A stretch of DNA of 64,000 bases from Spirochaetaceae bacterium (GCA_965224705.1 OZ245056.1:529736-593735); one strand, 5' to 3'; positions 31,652 through 42,164 are shown, counted from the first letter of the stretch. A program made the numbers and translations. The notes: generated from the sequence alone by a model not told the origin.

Positions 31652-33688
31652 ATGGAAAAATTAAAAATGCACAGCCCTAACTTTGCAGAAGAAAATATCG
31701 CAAAGCTGGCGGAGCTGTTCCCAAACTGCGTTACTGAAAAAGAAGAAACCGCGAAAGACGCGAATGAACGCGAAAAGATGGTTTTGAAAAGAACCATTGA
31801 TTGGGATTTGCTCAAACAAGAGTTGTCCAACGACATTGTTGAAGGGCCACAGGAGCGCTACCACCTGAACTGGCCCGGCAAACGGAAAGCACTGCTTACG
31901 GCCAATGCGCCCATTGCCAAGACGCTCCGCCCTTGCCGCGAAAAGAGTGTGGATTTCGACACCACCGAAAACCTCTTTATTGAAGGGGATAATCTCGATG
32001 CCCTGAAACTTCTACAGGAAACCTATCTCGGCAAAGTAAAGATGATCTATATCGATCCGCCGTATAACACTGGTAAGGATTTTATCTACGCTGACAACTT
32101 TGCAAAATCCACGGAAGAATACTTGCTGGATTCCAGGCAAAAAGATGAAGAAGGTAACCGTCTCATTGCCAATACTGACTCCAATGGCCGCTTCCATTCA
32201 GACTGGCTGAGCATGATGTATCCACGGCTTAAATTGGCCAGAAACCTGCTCAAAGATGATGGAGTGATTTTTATTAGTATTGATGAAAATGAAATTGGGA
32301 ATATTGAAAAAGTTGTCACAGAAATCTTTGGCTCCGAAAATTTTCTTGGAAGTTTTCCTGTAGTAATGAACTTAAAAGGAAACCAAGATTCCTTTGGTTT
32401 CGCTGAGACTCATGAATATGTTGTTATCGCCTCAAAAAACAAAATACTCTGTAGTTTTAATCATTTTCCGATTGATGATGAGGAATTTAACAAAGCATGG
32501 TTTTCTGATGAATATGGGCCTTATAAAGAAGCGGATAATTTAAGGGCTACCGGTGTAAATGCACCGAGAGAAAAGAGACCAAACTTATGGTACCCAATTT
32601 TCTTAGATGAGAGTAAATTGGAATACTATGCAACAGATGACGATAAGCCTAAAGATAGTGCTCATACAAAAGTTTTGCCAATCAGCCCCAATGGTGAGGA
32701 ACTAAGTTGGTACTGGAGTAAAAACAATTTGAATCAAAACAAACACAATCTTATCTTAAAGAAGACATCAAACGGTTGGCAGTTTTACAAAAAACAACGA
32801 CCTCAAATTGGTGATTTACCAAGCAAAAAACCAAAATCATTTTTTTACAAACCTGAGTATAGTACAAGTACGGCAACAACCCACCTTAAAGTATTGCTTG
32901 AGTGCAAATTGTTTAATGGCCCTAAACCAGTACCATTCCTTAAAGACTTGGCTATTATTGGAACAAATGATAAAGACATCATCCTAGACTTCTTCGCTGG
33001 CTCCGCCACAACCACCCATGCAGTGATGCAGCTCAATGCCGAAGACGGAGGCAAGCGTAAGTTCATCATGGTTCAGCTCGCCGAAGCCTGTGATGAAAAA
33101 TCCGAGGCATTCAAAGCAGGCTATAAAACCATCGCCGAAATCAGCAAGGAACGTATCCGCCGTGCCGGGAAACAATTGACAATGAAAGGTGAAAACCATT
33201 CTCAATTATCAACTGTCAATTCTCCATTGGATATTGGTTTCCGCATCCTCAAGGTCGACTCCTCCAATATGGCCGATGTGTACTATACACCGGATGCCGT
33301 TGAACAAAAAGAACTCCCATTTTCTACCGATAACATCAAAGACGACCGCAGTTCCGAAGACCTGCTCTTCCAGGTATTATTGGACTGGGGAGTTGATTTA
33401 ACTTTGCCGATTTCTCGCGAAATCATCAAAGTTAAGAAGGATGAAAAAGACGAAAGCAAAGATTCATCCTTTCAAAAATACGAAGTATTCTTCGTGGATG
33501 GCAATGCACTGGCGGCCTGTTTCGAAAAAAGCGGCAGGATCACCGAGAATTTTTGCAAAGAACTCGCCGGGCGGCAGCCGTTGCGTGTTGTCTTCCGGGA
33601 CTCCGGCTTTAAGGACGACAGTGCCAAAATAAATGTAGAGCAGATATTCAAACTAATGAGTCCGCATACGGATGTGAAAACAATTTGA
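31652..33688 (+). CDS. mod: Type III-like (beta-class) N6-adenine/N4-cytosine DNA methyltransferase, Mod
   Basis: Motif IV MIYIDPPYNTGKDF precedes motif I ILDFFAGSATTTHAV. Typical Mod N-terminus SPNFAEENIAKLAELFPNCVTE. AGGAG RBS. Confidence 0.9.
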   Translation: MEKLKMHSPNFAEENIAKLAELFPNCVTEKEETAKDANEREKMVLKRTIDWDLLKQELSNDIVEGPQERYHLNWPGKRKALLTANAPIAKTLRPCREKSVDFDTTENLFIEGDNLDALKLLQETYLGKVKMIYIDPPYNTGKDFIYADNFAKSTEEYLLDSRQKDEEGNRLIANTDSNGRFHSDWLSMMYPRLKLARNLLKDDGVIFISIDENEIGNIEKVVTEIFGSENFLGSFPVVMNLKGNQDSFGFAETHEYVVIASKNKILCSFNHFPIDDEEFNKAWFSDEYGPYKEADNLRATGVNAPREKRPNLWYPIFLDESKLEYYATDDDKPKDSAHTKVLPISPNGEELSWYWSKNNLNQNKHNLILKKTSNGWQFYKKQRPQIGDLPSKKPKSFFYKPEYSTSTATTHLKVLLECKLFNGPKPVPFLKDLAIIGTNDKDIILDFFAGSATTTHAVMQLNAEDGGKRKFIMVQLAEACDEKSEAFKAGYKTIAEISKERIRRAGKQLTMKGENHSQLSTVNSPLDIGFRILKVDSSNMADVYYTPDAVEQKELPFSTDNIKDDRSSEDLLFQVLLDWGVDLTLPISREIIKVKKDEKDESKDSSFQKYEVFFVDGNALAACFEKSGRITENFCKELAGRQPLRVVFRDSGFKDDSAKINVEQIFKLMSPHTDVKTI

Positions 33689-33702
33689 GGAAAGCTTTTA
33701 AA

Positions 33703-35163
33703 ATGAAGGATAAAAACACCCTAATCGATTTACTAAAAGAGTTGCGCAGTTTGCCGAATGAGTGCGAATGGGCTGAGTTCAAACAGAATAATGCCAAACC
33801 TGAACAAATTGGTGAATATATTTCAGCTTTGGCAAATGGTGCGGCGCTTAACGGCAAAGCCAATGCCTATATGCTTTGGGGTGTAGAAGACAGCAATCAC
33901 GATGTGGTTGGGACTACATTTTCTCCAGCATCAGAAGAAATTGGCGGTGAGGAGTTGGAAAGCTGGTTACTGCGCCTCTTAACTCCAAAAATCAATTTCA
34001 GATTTTACACAATTCCTTTCGATGATAATGTCGTAGTTTTACTAGAGATCGGAGCAGCTTTTCAACACCCTGTTCAATTCAAGAATATCGAATATCTTCG
34101 TATAGGGTCCTATAAGAAAAAGTTAAAAGACTACCCAGAAAAAGAGCGGGAACTTTGGCGGATATTTGATCGTGTTCCTTTCGAAAAAGAGATCGCTTTA
34201 GAAAATATTTCTTCGGAACAGGTTCTGAAGTTATTAGATTATCCCGCCTATTTTGACTTGCTTTCACTTCCTTTGCCCGAAAAGCATCAGGGTATTTTGG
34301 ATGCTCTTGAGTCTGAAGCGATGATTTGTAAAGGATTGGCTGGTAAATGGAACATCAATAATCTGGGAGCCGTTCTTTTTGCACGCAAACTCAGTGATTT
34401 CAATAGTCTTCGTCGTAAAGCCATTCGTGTTATCCTATATAAAGGTGAAACTCGAGTTGAAACGATTCGAGAACAAGAAGGTGTTAAAGGGTTAGCTGTT
34501 GGTTTTGAAGGTTTGATTGAATATATACAGAATCTGCTTCCAAGTAACGAAGTAATCGGCCAATCGCTGCGCAAAGAAGTTTCCATGTTTCCTGAACTGG
34601 CAATCCGTGAGTTGCTTGCCAATGCTATTATTCACCAAGACTTCCACATCACAGGCACTGCCCCTATGGTGGAAATATTTTCAAGCCGAATGGAAATTAC
34701 CAATCCTGGGTTGCCCTTGGTTAACACAGAACGATTCCTGGATAGTCCACCGAGATCCCGCAATGAAGCCATAGCCTCTTTTATGCGACGTGTCGGTGTG
34801 TGTGAAGAACGTGGCAGTGGTATCGATAAAGTTGTTTCCGAAACAGAACGCTACCAATTGCCAGCACCTATTTTTGAACAGACACAAGAACATATACGCG
34901 TTGTGTTATTTGCTCATAGAGAATTCAGAAATATGGACAAGCAGGATAGAATTCGAGCCTGCTACCTTCATGCTTGTTTGCGATATGTACAACGAGATTA
35001 CATGACGAATAGTACACTGCGTGAGCGTTTTGGCATTGAAGAAAAAAACAGCTCAATGGCTTCCAGGGTTATTAAAGATGCAATAGATGCTAATGCTATC
35101 GTGCCCTATGGCAGCCAAGCTTCGCGGAAATTTATGAAATACGTACCATGGTGGACTCAATGA
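33703..35163 (+). CDS. AlbA_2 (Schlafen-like) plus HATPase_c_4 plus C-terminal wHTH protein (putative ATP-binding regulator)
   Basis: ECEWAEFKQNNAKPEQIGEYISALANGAALNG..YMLWGVED (AlbA_2), ELAIRELLANAIIHQDF (HATPase_c_4-like) and the C-terminal LRERFGIEEKNSSMASRVIKDAIDANAIVPY. I start at the ATG at 33703, which has a GAGGAA RBS. Confidence 0.7.
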   Translation: MKDKNTLIDLLKELRSLPNECEWAEFKQNNAKPEQIGEYISALANGAALNGKANAYMLWGVEDSNHDVVGTTFSPASEEIGGEELESWLLRLLTPKINFRFYTIPFDDNVVVLLEIGAAFQHPVQFKNIEYLRIGSYKKKLKDYPEKERELWRIFDRVPFEKEIALENISSEQVLKLLDYPAYFDLLSLPLPEKHQGILDALESEAMICKGLAGKWNINNLGAVLFARKLSDFNSLRRKAIRVILYKGETRVETIREQEGVKGLAVGFEGLIEYIQNLLPSNEVIGQSLRKEVSMFPELAIRELLANAIIHQDFHITGTAPMVEIFSSRMEITNPGLPLVNTERFLDSPPRSRNEAIASFMRRVGVCEERGSGIDKVVSETERYQLPAPIFEQTQEHIRVVLFAHREFRNMDKQDRIRACYLHACLRYVQRDYMTNSTLRERFGIEEKNSSMASRVIKDAIDANAIVPYGSQASRKFMKYVPWWTQ

Positions 35164-35171
35164 TACTTTTA

Positions 35172-35370
35172 TTTGACGGCTATTTGACTGAGAATGAGTA
35201 CTCAAGGACCTCATCTCCATGTAAAGCATTGTTTATGAGATATTTAAGTATTGTGGCTTTCTTTGACTGTTGTTTGACTGAAGCAACGAAACTCCTCCTG
35301 TTATTAAAATTTAACTCTTTGAATAGTAGATATTTATCCTTTGATTTTTTATTTGACCGTTGTTTGACTG
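35172..35370 (+). promoter_or_regulatory. Three phased iteron-like sites (TTTGACnGYTRTTTGACTG) spaced exactly 90 bp apart
   Basis: tttgacggctatttgactg (35172), tttgactgttgtttgactg (35262) and tttgaccgttgtttgactg (35352). Within each site the two TTTGAC hexamers are 11 bp apart. Confidence 0.5.
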
Positions 35371-35491
35371 GAATCAGTTTAATTCAAAGGCGACCTTCGT
35401 TGATTTCGGCCAAGACACGCTCATGTTTTTCGTACCTTCCGTGGTTAAAAAATCATTCTGTTTGTTCAGTGGTTATAAATGGTGGCATTGT

Positions 35492-38400
35492 ATGAAGTTA
35501 AAATTTAAAAAACAGCCCTACCAGACACGAGCCGTTGAATCGGTAGTCGATTGCTTTAAGGGCCAGCCAAATACACCCGATATCAGTTATCGGATTGACC
35601 CGGGTGTATCAAAGACGGAGAAAACTTATTTGGCTGAAGATCAACTGAGTATGGGATATGATTTTCATGAATCCGGCTTTAGAAATGGCGATATTTTTCT
35701 CACCGAACAGCAACTTCTTGAAAATATTCAGAAAGCCCAGCGTCTTCAGAATCTGCCGCAATCAGCCAGCCTTATCAAAACCAAGGTGTCATCGTTAAAC
35801 CTTGACGTGGAGATGGAGACCGGAACCGGAAAGACTTACTGCTACATAAAAACCATCTTTGAGATGAACAAGCGCTTCGGCTGGACAAAGTTTATTATCG
35901 TGGTGCCCAGTATCGCCATCCGGGAAGGTGTTTATAAATCATTGGAGATTACAGCAGAACACTTTCAGGAAACTTACGCCAAGAAAGCCAGGTTTTTCAT
36001 CTATAACTCCAAACAGCTTCACAACCTTGAGAGCTTTTCTTCAGATGCCGGAATCAACGTTATGGTTATCAACGTTCAGGCGTTTAATGCCCGGGGCAAA
36101 GATAACCGTCGAATCTATGAAGAGTTGGATGACTTCCAAAGCCGCCGCCCCATTGATGTGATTAAGGCGAATCGCCCGATTCTGATTCTCGACGAACCGC
36201 AGAAGATGGAAGGCGCAAAGACGCTGGACTCACTCAAGGAATTTAATCCGCTATTTATCCTGCGTTATTCGGCTACACATAAAACCCAGCATAACAAGGT
36301 TCACAGGCTGGATGCACTGGATGCCTACAATCAGAAGCTGGTTAAAAAGATAGCTGTCCGGGGTATCTCCGTAAAAGGGCTCTCCGGCACCAACGCCTAT
36401 CTCTATCTTGAATCCATTGAAGTGTCGAAGCAGATGCCGGTGGCCCGAATAGAAATTGAGGTCAAGCAGAACAGCGGAATCAAGAGAATAATCCGCAAGC
36501 TGAAAAAAGGCGACAATCTCTACGACCTATCCGACGATCTGGATCAATACAAGGGCTTTGTGATTGCGGATATCAATGCCATTACTGATACCGTTGAATT
36601 CACCAATGGCCTCGGGCTGCAGGCCGGAGAAGCAACCGGTGATGTGAATGAAACAGCTCTCCGGCGCATCCAGATACGCGAAGCCATAAAAGCCCATTTT
36701 GAAAAGGAACAGGTCCTCTATTATCAGGGCATTAAAGTACTGACTCTTTTCTTTATCGATGAAGTCGCCAGGTATCGGATTTATACCGATGCCGGAGAAG
36801 AAGGCGGCGAATATGCCCAAATATTTGAAGAGGAATACAAGGATGCCTGGAATGAGCTGAAGCAGGATATGTTTATGCACGAAGGCTACAAAAAGCATCT
36901 GGACAGCATTCCTGTAGATCAAACTCACAACGGTTATTTTTCCATAGACAAGAAAAGCAAACGCATGGTCGATCCGGCCACCGGCAAAAAATCGACTGAA
37001 GCGGATGATGCCGATGCCTACGACCTGATTCTTAAAGACAAAGAGCGTCTTCTCTCATTCGATGAACCAACCCGCTTTATCTTCTCCCACTCTGCTCTCC
37101 GTGAAGGTTGGGACAACCCGAATGTGTTCGTTATCTGCACCTTGAAACACAGTGATAGTACCATTTCACGCCGACAGGAAGTCGGTCGTGGGTTGCGTAT
37201 CGCCGTTAATCAGTTTGGGGATCGTCAGGATGATCCGGCAACTGTTCATCAGACAAATGTACTGACAGTCGTGGCCAGTGAAAGCTACAAGGACTTTGTG
37301 ACCGCTTTGCAACGCGATATCAGTGAATCACTCTCTGAGCGTCCACGAGTTGCGGATGTAAAATACTTCACGGGAAAGGTTCTGCAGACAGCCGACGGCA
37401 CAATTGAAGTGACGGAGGACATGGCAGAAGGAATTGAATTCTATCTGATACAAAATGGTTATGTTGATCGTGAGAGAAACATTGTTCAGAAGTACCATGA
37501 TGAGCTTAAAAATGGAGAACTTTCTGATTTGCCGGAAGATTTATTACCGTTCAAGGAACAGGTCTTCCAACTGATTGATAGCGTCTACAGTGATGCCAAG
37601 CTACCGGAGGTTGAAAATGATCGCGGAGCAAAGACAAATCCTCTAAACGTCAATTTTGAAAAGAAAGAGTTCAAAGAACTCTGGAATCGGATCAATCGAA
37701 AAGCGGCTTACAGTGTGCATTTTGATAGTACTGAGCTGGTAGGGAAATGCATTCAGACGTTCAATAAGGAACTGCGGGTTATGCCGCTTCAATACACCGT
37801 GCAGCGAGGTGAGCAAGCTGATGGCATTAGCTATGATCTGATGAAGTCAGGGGATAGTTTTGATATAAAGGAAACCTCTACCGAATACACTGCCCACTCA
37901 ATTCACTCAGCAGTGAAATACGACCTGATCGGCAAGATAGCTGAAAACGTGCAGTTAACCAGACGAACTGTTACTGAGATTTTATTAGGACTGGGAAAGC
38001 CGGTATTTGCCCAGTTTAATACCAACCCGGAGAGCTTCATCTCTGAAGCCGCGCGCCTAATTCAGGAACAGAAAGCCGCATGTATCACCGAGCACCTGAG
38101 TTACGATGCTGTATCCGAAACTCATGACATTGATATCTTCACCAACGGGCAAAGCAAACAGGATTTCAGCAAAGCCGGAGACCCGCTTAAACGTCACATT
38201 TATGATTACGTCGTAACCGATTCAGATACTGAACGCACCTTTGTTCAGGAGCTTGATACCAGTTCGGAAGTGGTTGTGTACGCCAAGTTACCTAAAGGAT
38301 TTTCCATACCCACGCCGGTTGGAAACTACAATCCCGACTGGGCTATCTCCTTTAAAGAAGCTTCCATTAAGCATGTTTACTTTGTTGCCGAAACCAAAGG

Positions 38401-38584
38401 TTCCATGTCCAGCTTGGAATTCCGGGAAATCGAAAAAACAAAGATTGAATGCGCCCGCAAGTTCTTTGATGAAATCAACCGCAAGATAAATCCGGACAAT
38501 GTGAGATACGATGTGGTGAGCAGCTTTGGAAAACTCATGGAGATTGTCGGACCCGGAACATCCGCATTTCATTGGGGTGGATGA
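35492..38584 (+). CDS. res: Type III restriction enzyme Res subunit (helicase plus PD-ExK nuclease)
   Basis: N-terminus [18 protein letters not shown]. Helicase motifs [18 protein letters not shown] and RYSATHK. C-terminal nuclease motif YNPDW...YFVAETKGS. The start at 35492 is preferred over the tracked TTG at 35360. Confidence 0.9.
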   Translation: MKLKFKKQPYQTRAVESVVDCFKGQPNTPDISYRIDPGVSKTEKTYLAEDQLSMGYDFHESGFRNGDIFLTEQQLLENIQKAQRLQNLPQSASLIKTKVSSLNLDVEMETGTGKTYCYIKTIFEMNKRFGWTKFIIVVPSIAIREGVYKSLEITAEHFQETYAKKARFFIYNSKQLHNLESFSSDAGINVMVINVQAFNARGKDNRRIYEELDDFQSRRPIDVIKANRPILILDEPQKMEGAKTLDSLKEFNPLFILRYSATHKTQHNKVHRLDALDAYNQKLVKKIAVRGISVKGLSGTNAYLYLESIEVSKQMPVARIEIEVKQNSGIKRIIRKLKKGDNLYDLSDDLDQYKGFVIADINAITDTVEFTNGLGLQAGEATGDVNETALRRIQIREAIKAHFEKEQVLYYQGIKVLTLFFIDEVARYRIYTDAGEEGGEYAQIFEEEYKDAWNELKQDMFMHEGYKKHLDSIPVDQTHNGYFSIDKKSKRMVDPATGKKSTEADDADAYDLILKDKERLLSFDEPTRFIFSHSALREGWDNPNVFVICTLKHSDSTISRRQEVGRGLRIAVNQFGDRQDDPATVHQTNVLTVVASESYKDFVTALQRDISESLSERPRVADVKYFTGKVLQTADGTIEVTEDMAEGIEFYLIQNGYVDRERNIVQKYHDELKNGELSDLPEDLLPFKEQVFQLIDSVYSDAKLPEVENDRGAKTNPLNVNFEKKEFKELWNRINRKAAYSVHFDSTELVGKCIQTFNKELRVMPLQYTVQRGEQADGISYDLMKSGDSFDIKETSTEYTAHSIHSAVKYDLIGKIAENVQLTRRTVTEILLGLGKPVFAQFNTNPESFISEAARLIQEQKAACITEHLSYDAVSETHDIDIFTNGQSKQDFSKAGDPLKRHIYDYVVTDSDTERTFVQELDTSSEVVVYAKLPKGFSIPTPVGNYNPDWAISFKEASIKHVYFVAETKGSMSSLEFREIEKTKIECARKFFDEINRKINPDNVRYDVVSSFGKLMEIVGPGTSAFHWGG

Positions 38585-38712
38585 TTTTTTAGCTTGGAGA
38601 ATTTCTAAAAATTTCCATTGACTCTATCTGTTTCATGAGACACAGTATAATCGTGGCATTGTTTTTGTAAGAAGCTGCGATGATTATGAAATTTTAAAAT
38701 GAGGAGTGTTCT

Positions 38713-39663
38713 ATGAATATCAAAGGAAGTATTGATAAGATTCCTGGTGGCATGATGGTTGTTCCTCTTCTAATTGGGGCGTTAATTAATACGTTTTTCC
38801 CTGAAGCACTGGAAATTGGAGGCTTTACAACCGCACTTTTTAAAAAGGGTGCAGGAGCTTTAATAGGAGCCTTCCTGCTCTGTATGGGTGCAGGACTAAG
38901 CTTCAGGGCTGCACCAAAGGCTTTAGTGCGCGGCGGAGCCATTACCTTCACCAAGTTTTTAATAGGTTTTCTTATCGGCATATTGATAGCCAAAGTTACA
39001 AAAAATGGGCTGTTCGGTTTATCAGCTCTTGCTATTATCGCTGCAATGACCAATACCAACGGCGGACTATATGCTGCTCTGGTTGGAGAATTTGGTGATG
39101 AAACAGATATCGGAGCAATCTCAGTTATTTCGATTAATGACGGTCCTTTCTTAACAATGATAGCCCTGGGATCGGCAGGTCTGGCATCAATCCCCTTTAT
39201 GACTCTTGTTGCTGTAATCGTTCCTATTCTGGTGGGGATGCTGCTTGGTAATCTTGATGACAAAATGAAAGATTTCCTGACAAAAGGTGGTCCGGTACTG
39301 ATTCCTTTTTTTGCCTTTGCTCTTGGAGCCGGTCTTGATTTTGCAACTATATTAAAAGCTGGTGTTCCAGGGATTATCCTGGGCTTAATGACTACCTTTA
39401 TTGGAGGTTTCTTTAACGTCCTGGCAGATAAGGTAACAGGAGGAACAGGTGTTGCCGGAGCTTCAGCGTCCAGTACTGCCGGTAATGCGGTGGGGACACC
39501 TGCGGCAGTCGCATTGGCAGATCCAACCATGTCGGCAATTGCTTCTGTTGCAACAGCTCAAGTTGCAGCTGCAACCATTACAACAGCAATCTGTACTCCA
39601 ATTTTGACAACGATTGTCCGAAAACGGCAGGCCAAAAAATCTTTAAACGGCATAGCTGAATGA
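38713..39663 (+). CDS. 2-keto-3-deoxygluconate permease family transporter (KdgT-like)
   Basis: [33 protein letters not shown] matches the KdgT family N-terminus. The protein is polytopic and hydrophobic. Confidence 0.8.
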   Translation: MNIKGSIDKIPGGMMVVPLLIGALINTFFPEALEIGGFTTALFKKGAGALIGAFLLCMGAGLSFRAAPKALVRGGAITFTKFLIGFLIGILIAKVTKNGLFGLSALAIIAAMTNTNGGLYAALVGEFGDETDIGAISVISINDGPFLTMIALGSAGLASIPFMTLVAVIVPILVGMLLGNLDDKMKDFLTKGGPVLIPFFAFALGAGLDFATILKAGVPGIILGLMTTFIGGFFNVLADKVTGGTGVAGASASSTAGNAVGTPAAVALADPTMSAIASVATAQVAAATITTAICTPILTTIVRKRQAKKSLNGIAE

Positions 39664-40940
39664 AGCTTGCTCTGGTTGCTGATGATTTTACTGGCGCAAA
39701 TGATACAGGTGCCAAGTTAGGAAAATTGGGAATTAAAACACTGGTTACTACTAACTTGCATCTTGCTGACGAATTGATTGACTATCAGGCACTGGTGTTT
39801 GATTCAGAAAGCCGCTTTATCGCTCAAAATGAAGCATATGACAGGGTATATAAACTGTGCAGGAGCATCAGACAGAAATCTGATACTCCTGTCTATAAAA
39901 AGGTGGACTCAACTTTCAGGGGAAATCCGGGCCCGGAAATTCTGGGATGCCTGGATGGCCTGAATCTAAAAACAGCCATTGTTGCAGCAGCTCTGCCCTC
40001 ACAGGGCAGGGTTACCAGACAGGGTACGGTCTATGTTAATGGAGTAAGGCTGGAAGAGACGGAGGTCAGAAATGACCCTGTGACTCCAGTAAAGGATTCC
40101 CATATCCCAAAAATTCTGAATAAAGACAATACAAAAACAAGCTGTGTTATTGATAAATCATCACATGAAGAAAGCTTCAGGGATCCGCACAAATTAAAAA
40201 AGATACTTGAGCAGGAAGTTCAGAAAGAAACAACCTTTGTGGTTGTTGACGGAGAGTCAGAGGAAGACTTGATCGTAACGGCCAAAGCCATAGAACTGCT
40301 GGATTCACCCGTCATGGCAGCAGGAACTGCTGGATTAGCGGAGTACTTCAGCCTGCTTTACGGTTGGTTTGAAAAAAAACAGCATATATCTATTATTGCA
40401 AGTGCCAGCCAGGTAACCAGGAAACAGGTGGAATATGCAAAAAACACTATGTCTCTGGTAGACGCAGCCGTTTATATTCCAGATTTACTATCTGATGATG
40501 GTTTAAAAATGTGTTTCTCACATGTAGAAGAAGCAAAAAAGTTGAATCAGCCTGTCATAATCAGAACCATGAGTAATCATGATGAAAGGGGATCTGCAGA
40601 TGATTATGGCAGGAAAATAGGTCTAAGCTCACTTGAACTGAGCAATGCGATAACGAGACGGCTTGGAGAATTTTTCGTCGCTTATCTGGAGAAGCATATT
40701 ACTGACATCGGTAGTCTTCTCTTATCCGGCGGTGATACGGTAATCAAAATGGTAGAAGCAATTTCAGCAAGCGGAATGGAACTAAAAGGGGAAGTATTAC
40801 CCGGGATCCCATATGGTTTTTTCCATCACAAAAAGTATGATGGTTTCCCGGTAATTACGAAAGCCGGTGGGTTTGGATCAGAAAAAGATGTTGCGACTGT
40901 TCTAAAACTATTGAATATGGGTCTGCTTCAAAAAGTATGA
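39660..40940 (+). CDS. Four-carbon acid-sugar kinase (DUF1537 family)
   Basis: [18 protein letters not shown]-terminus, and the C-terminal LLSGGDT...ITKAGGFG nucleotide-binding domain. Confidence 0.85.
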   Translation: MKLALVADDFTGANDTGAKLGKLGIKTLVTTNLHLADELIDYQALVFDSESRFIAQNEAYDRVYKLCRSIRQKSDTPVYKKVDSTFRGNPGPEILGCLDGLNLKTAIVAAALPSQGRVTRQGTVYVNGVRLEETEVRNDPVTPVKDSHIPKILNKDNTKTSCVIDKSSHEESFRDPHKLKKILEQEVQKETTFVVVDGESEEDLIVTAKAIELLDSPVMAAGTAGLAEYFSLLYGWFEKKQHISIIASASQVTRKQVEYAKNTMSLVDAAVYIPDLLSDDGLKMCFSHVEEAKKLNQPVIIRTMSNHDERGSADDYGRKIGLSSLELSNAITRRLGEFFVAYLEKHITDIGSLLLSGGDTVIKMVEAISASGMELKGEVLPGIPYGFFHHKKYDGFPVITKAGGFGSEKDVATVLKLLNMGLLQKV

Positions 40941-41923
40941 ATTTAATCGCCGTTACTCAAGGGGATCCTTCCGGTGTTGGCCCGGAAGTCATCTTAAAAA
41001 GCTTCCTGAAAGATAGTATTCGCTCATTACCGTTGATTGTTATTGGCGATCTGACCGTAATGGAGTATTACAAAAAACTCACAAAAATATCGGGTTTCAA
41101 TATAAAAGGAATATCTTTTCCTGATGAGTATAAGTTTGACAAAGAGACATTGACAGTGTTAGACTTGGGAATTGTATCCAGGGATAGTATTAAACCTGGT
41201 AAGGGCAGCGGAGAGTCAGGAAAATCAGCTTTTCAATATATCAGCAAGGCAATTGATTCAGCTGCGCAAAAAAAGATATCTGCAATTGTTACTGCACCCA
41301 TAAACAAAGAGGCTTTACAGGATGCTGGTTATAAATACTCCGGCCACACAGAGATATTTGCCCATAAAACCAGTTCTTCAAATTATGCCATGCTTCTCTA
41401 TTCGCCAGATCTTTCGGTCATTCATGCAACCACTCATGTTTCACTATCACAGGCCGTTAAGAACATCAGCAAGGAAAGGATTGAGTGTTGCATTCAACTG
41501 GCTCATGACAGTATGGCAAAAATATCCGGGAAAGAAAATCCTCGTATAGCCGTAGCAGGCTTAAATCCTCATGCAGGAGAGAATGGACTGTTTGGTGACG
41601 AAGAGGTTCGTATAATAAAACCTGCTGTACTGAATTTTCAGGATAAAGGTATTAATGTGTCTGGACCGATTCCACCAGATACGGTGTTCCTTAAGGCATT
41701 GAACGGAGATTATGATATTGTTGTGGCCATGTATCATGACCAGGGACATATCCCGTTTAAAATGGTTGCCTTTGATAATGGAGTGAATATTACTGTTGGG
41801 ATGCCGGTAATTAGAACATCTGTTGATCATGGAACAGCTTTTGATATCGCAGGAAAAGGAATCGCTAAGGAGCAAAGTATGGTAGAGGCCATACTTCTTG
41901 CTTCCAGATTGAGTCAGTCATAA
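40937..41923 (+). CDS. PdxA-family 4-hydroxythreonine-4-phosphate dehydrogenase (PdxA2-type)
   Basis: AVTQGDPSGVGPEV, GHTEIFA, NPHAGENGLFG, MYHDQGHIPFK and RTSVDHGTAFDIAG are all PdxA hallmarks. Confidence 0.9.
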   Translation: MNLIAVTQGDPSGVGPEVILKSFLKDSIRSLPLIVIGDLTVMEYYKKLTKISGFNIKGISFPDEYKFDKETLTVLDLGIVSRDSIKPGKGSGESGKSAFQYISKAIDSAAQKKISAIVTAPINKEALQDAGYKYSGHTEIFAHKTSSSNYAMLLYSPDLSVIHATTHVSLSQAVKNISKERIECCIQLAHDSMAKISGKENPRIAVAGLNPHAGENGLFGDEEVRIIKPAVLNFQDKGINVSGPIPPDTVFLKALNGDYDIVVAMYHDQGHIPFKMVAFDNGVNITVGMPVIRTSVDHGTAFDIAGKGIAKEQSMVEAILLASRLSQS

Positions 41924-42164
41924 TGCTGTTTTCTACCTGAAAAAATCCTGAGTGACTTTTATCAAATCATAACTGCGAACAGTATAAGAACAACTATACC
42001 AGATGGAAGACTTCACCTTACCCAGGTACAATGCAAGCAGACATCTACAAGCTTTCTGACACTGCATGAACCATAACGAATGTCTGAAATTTTTGCTTCC
42101 TGCACAGATATTCAATCCATTCATTTCACTTGATGAAGTTCAGCAATAAATGATCTAATACCAG

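Noticed and set aside
26754-38584. Classification of the operon as DISARM or BREX
   Set aside because: DISARM requires the DUF1998-containing DrmA/DrmB, and BREX requires PglZ, BrxC and a PglX-type methyltransferase. None of these is present. The Mod/Res pair is of the canonical Type III kind.
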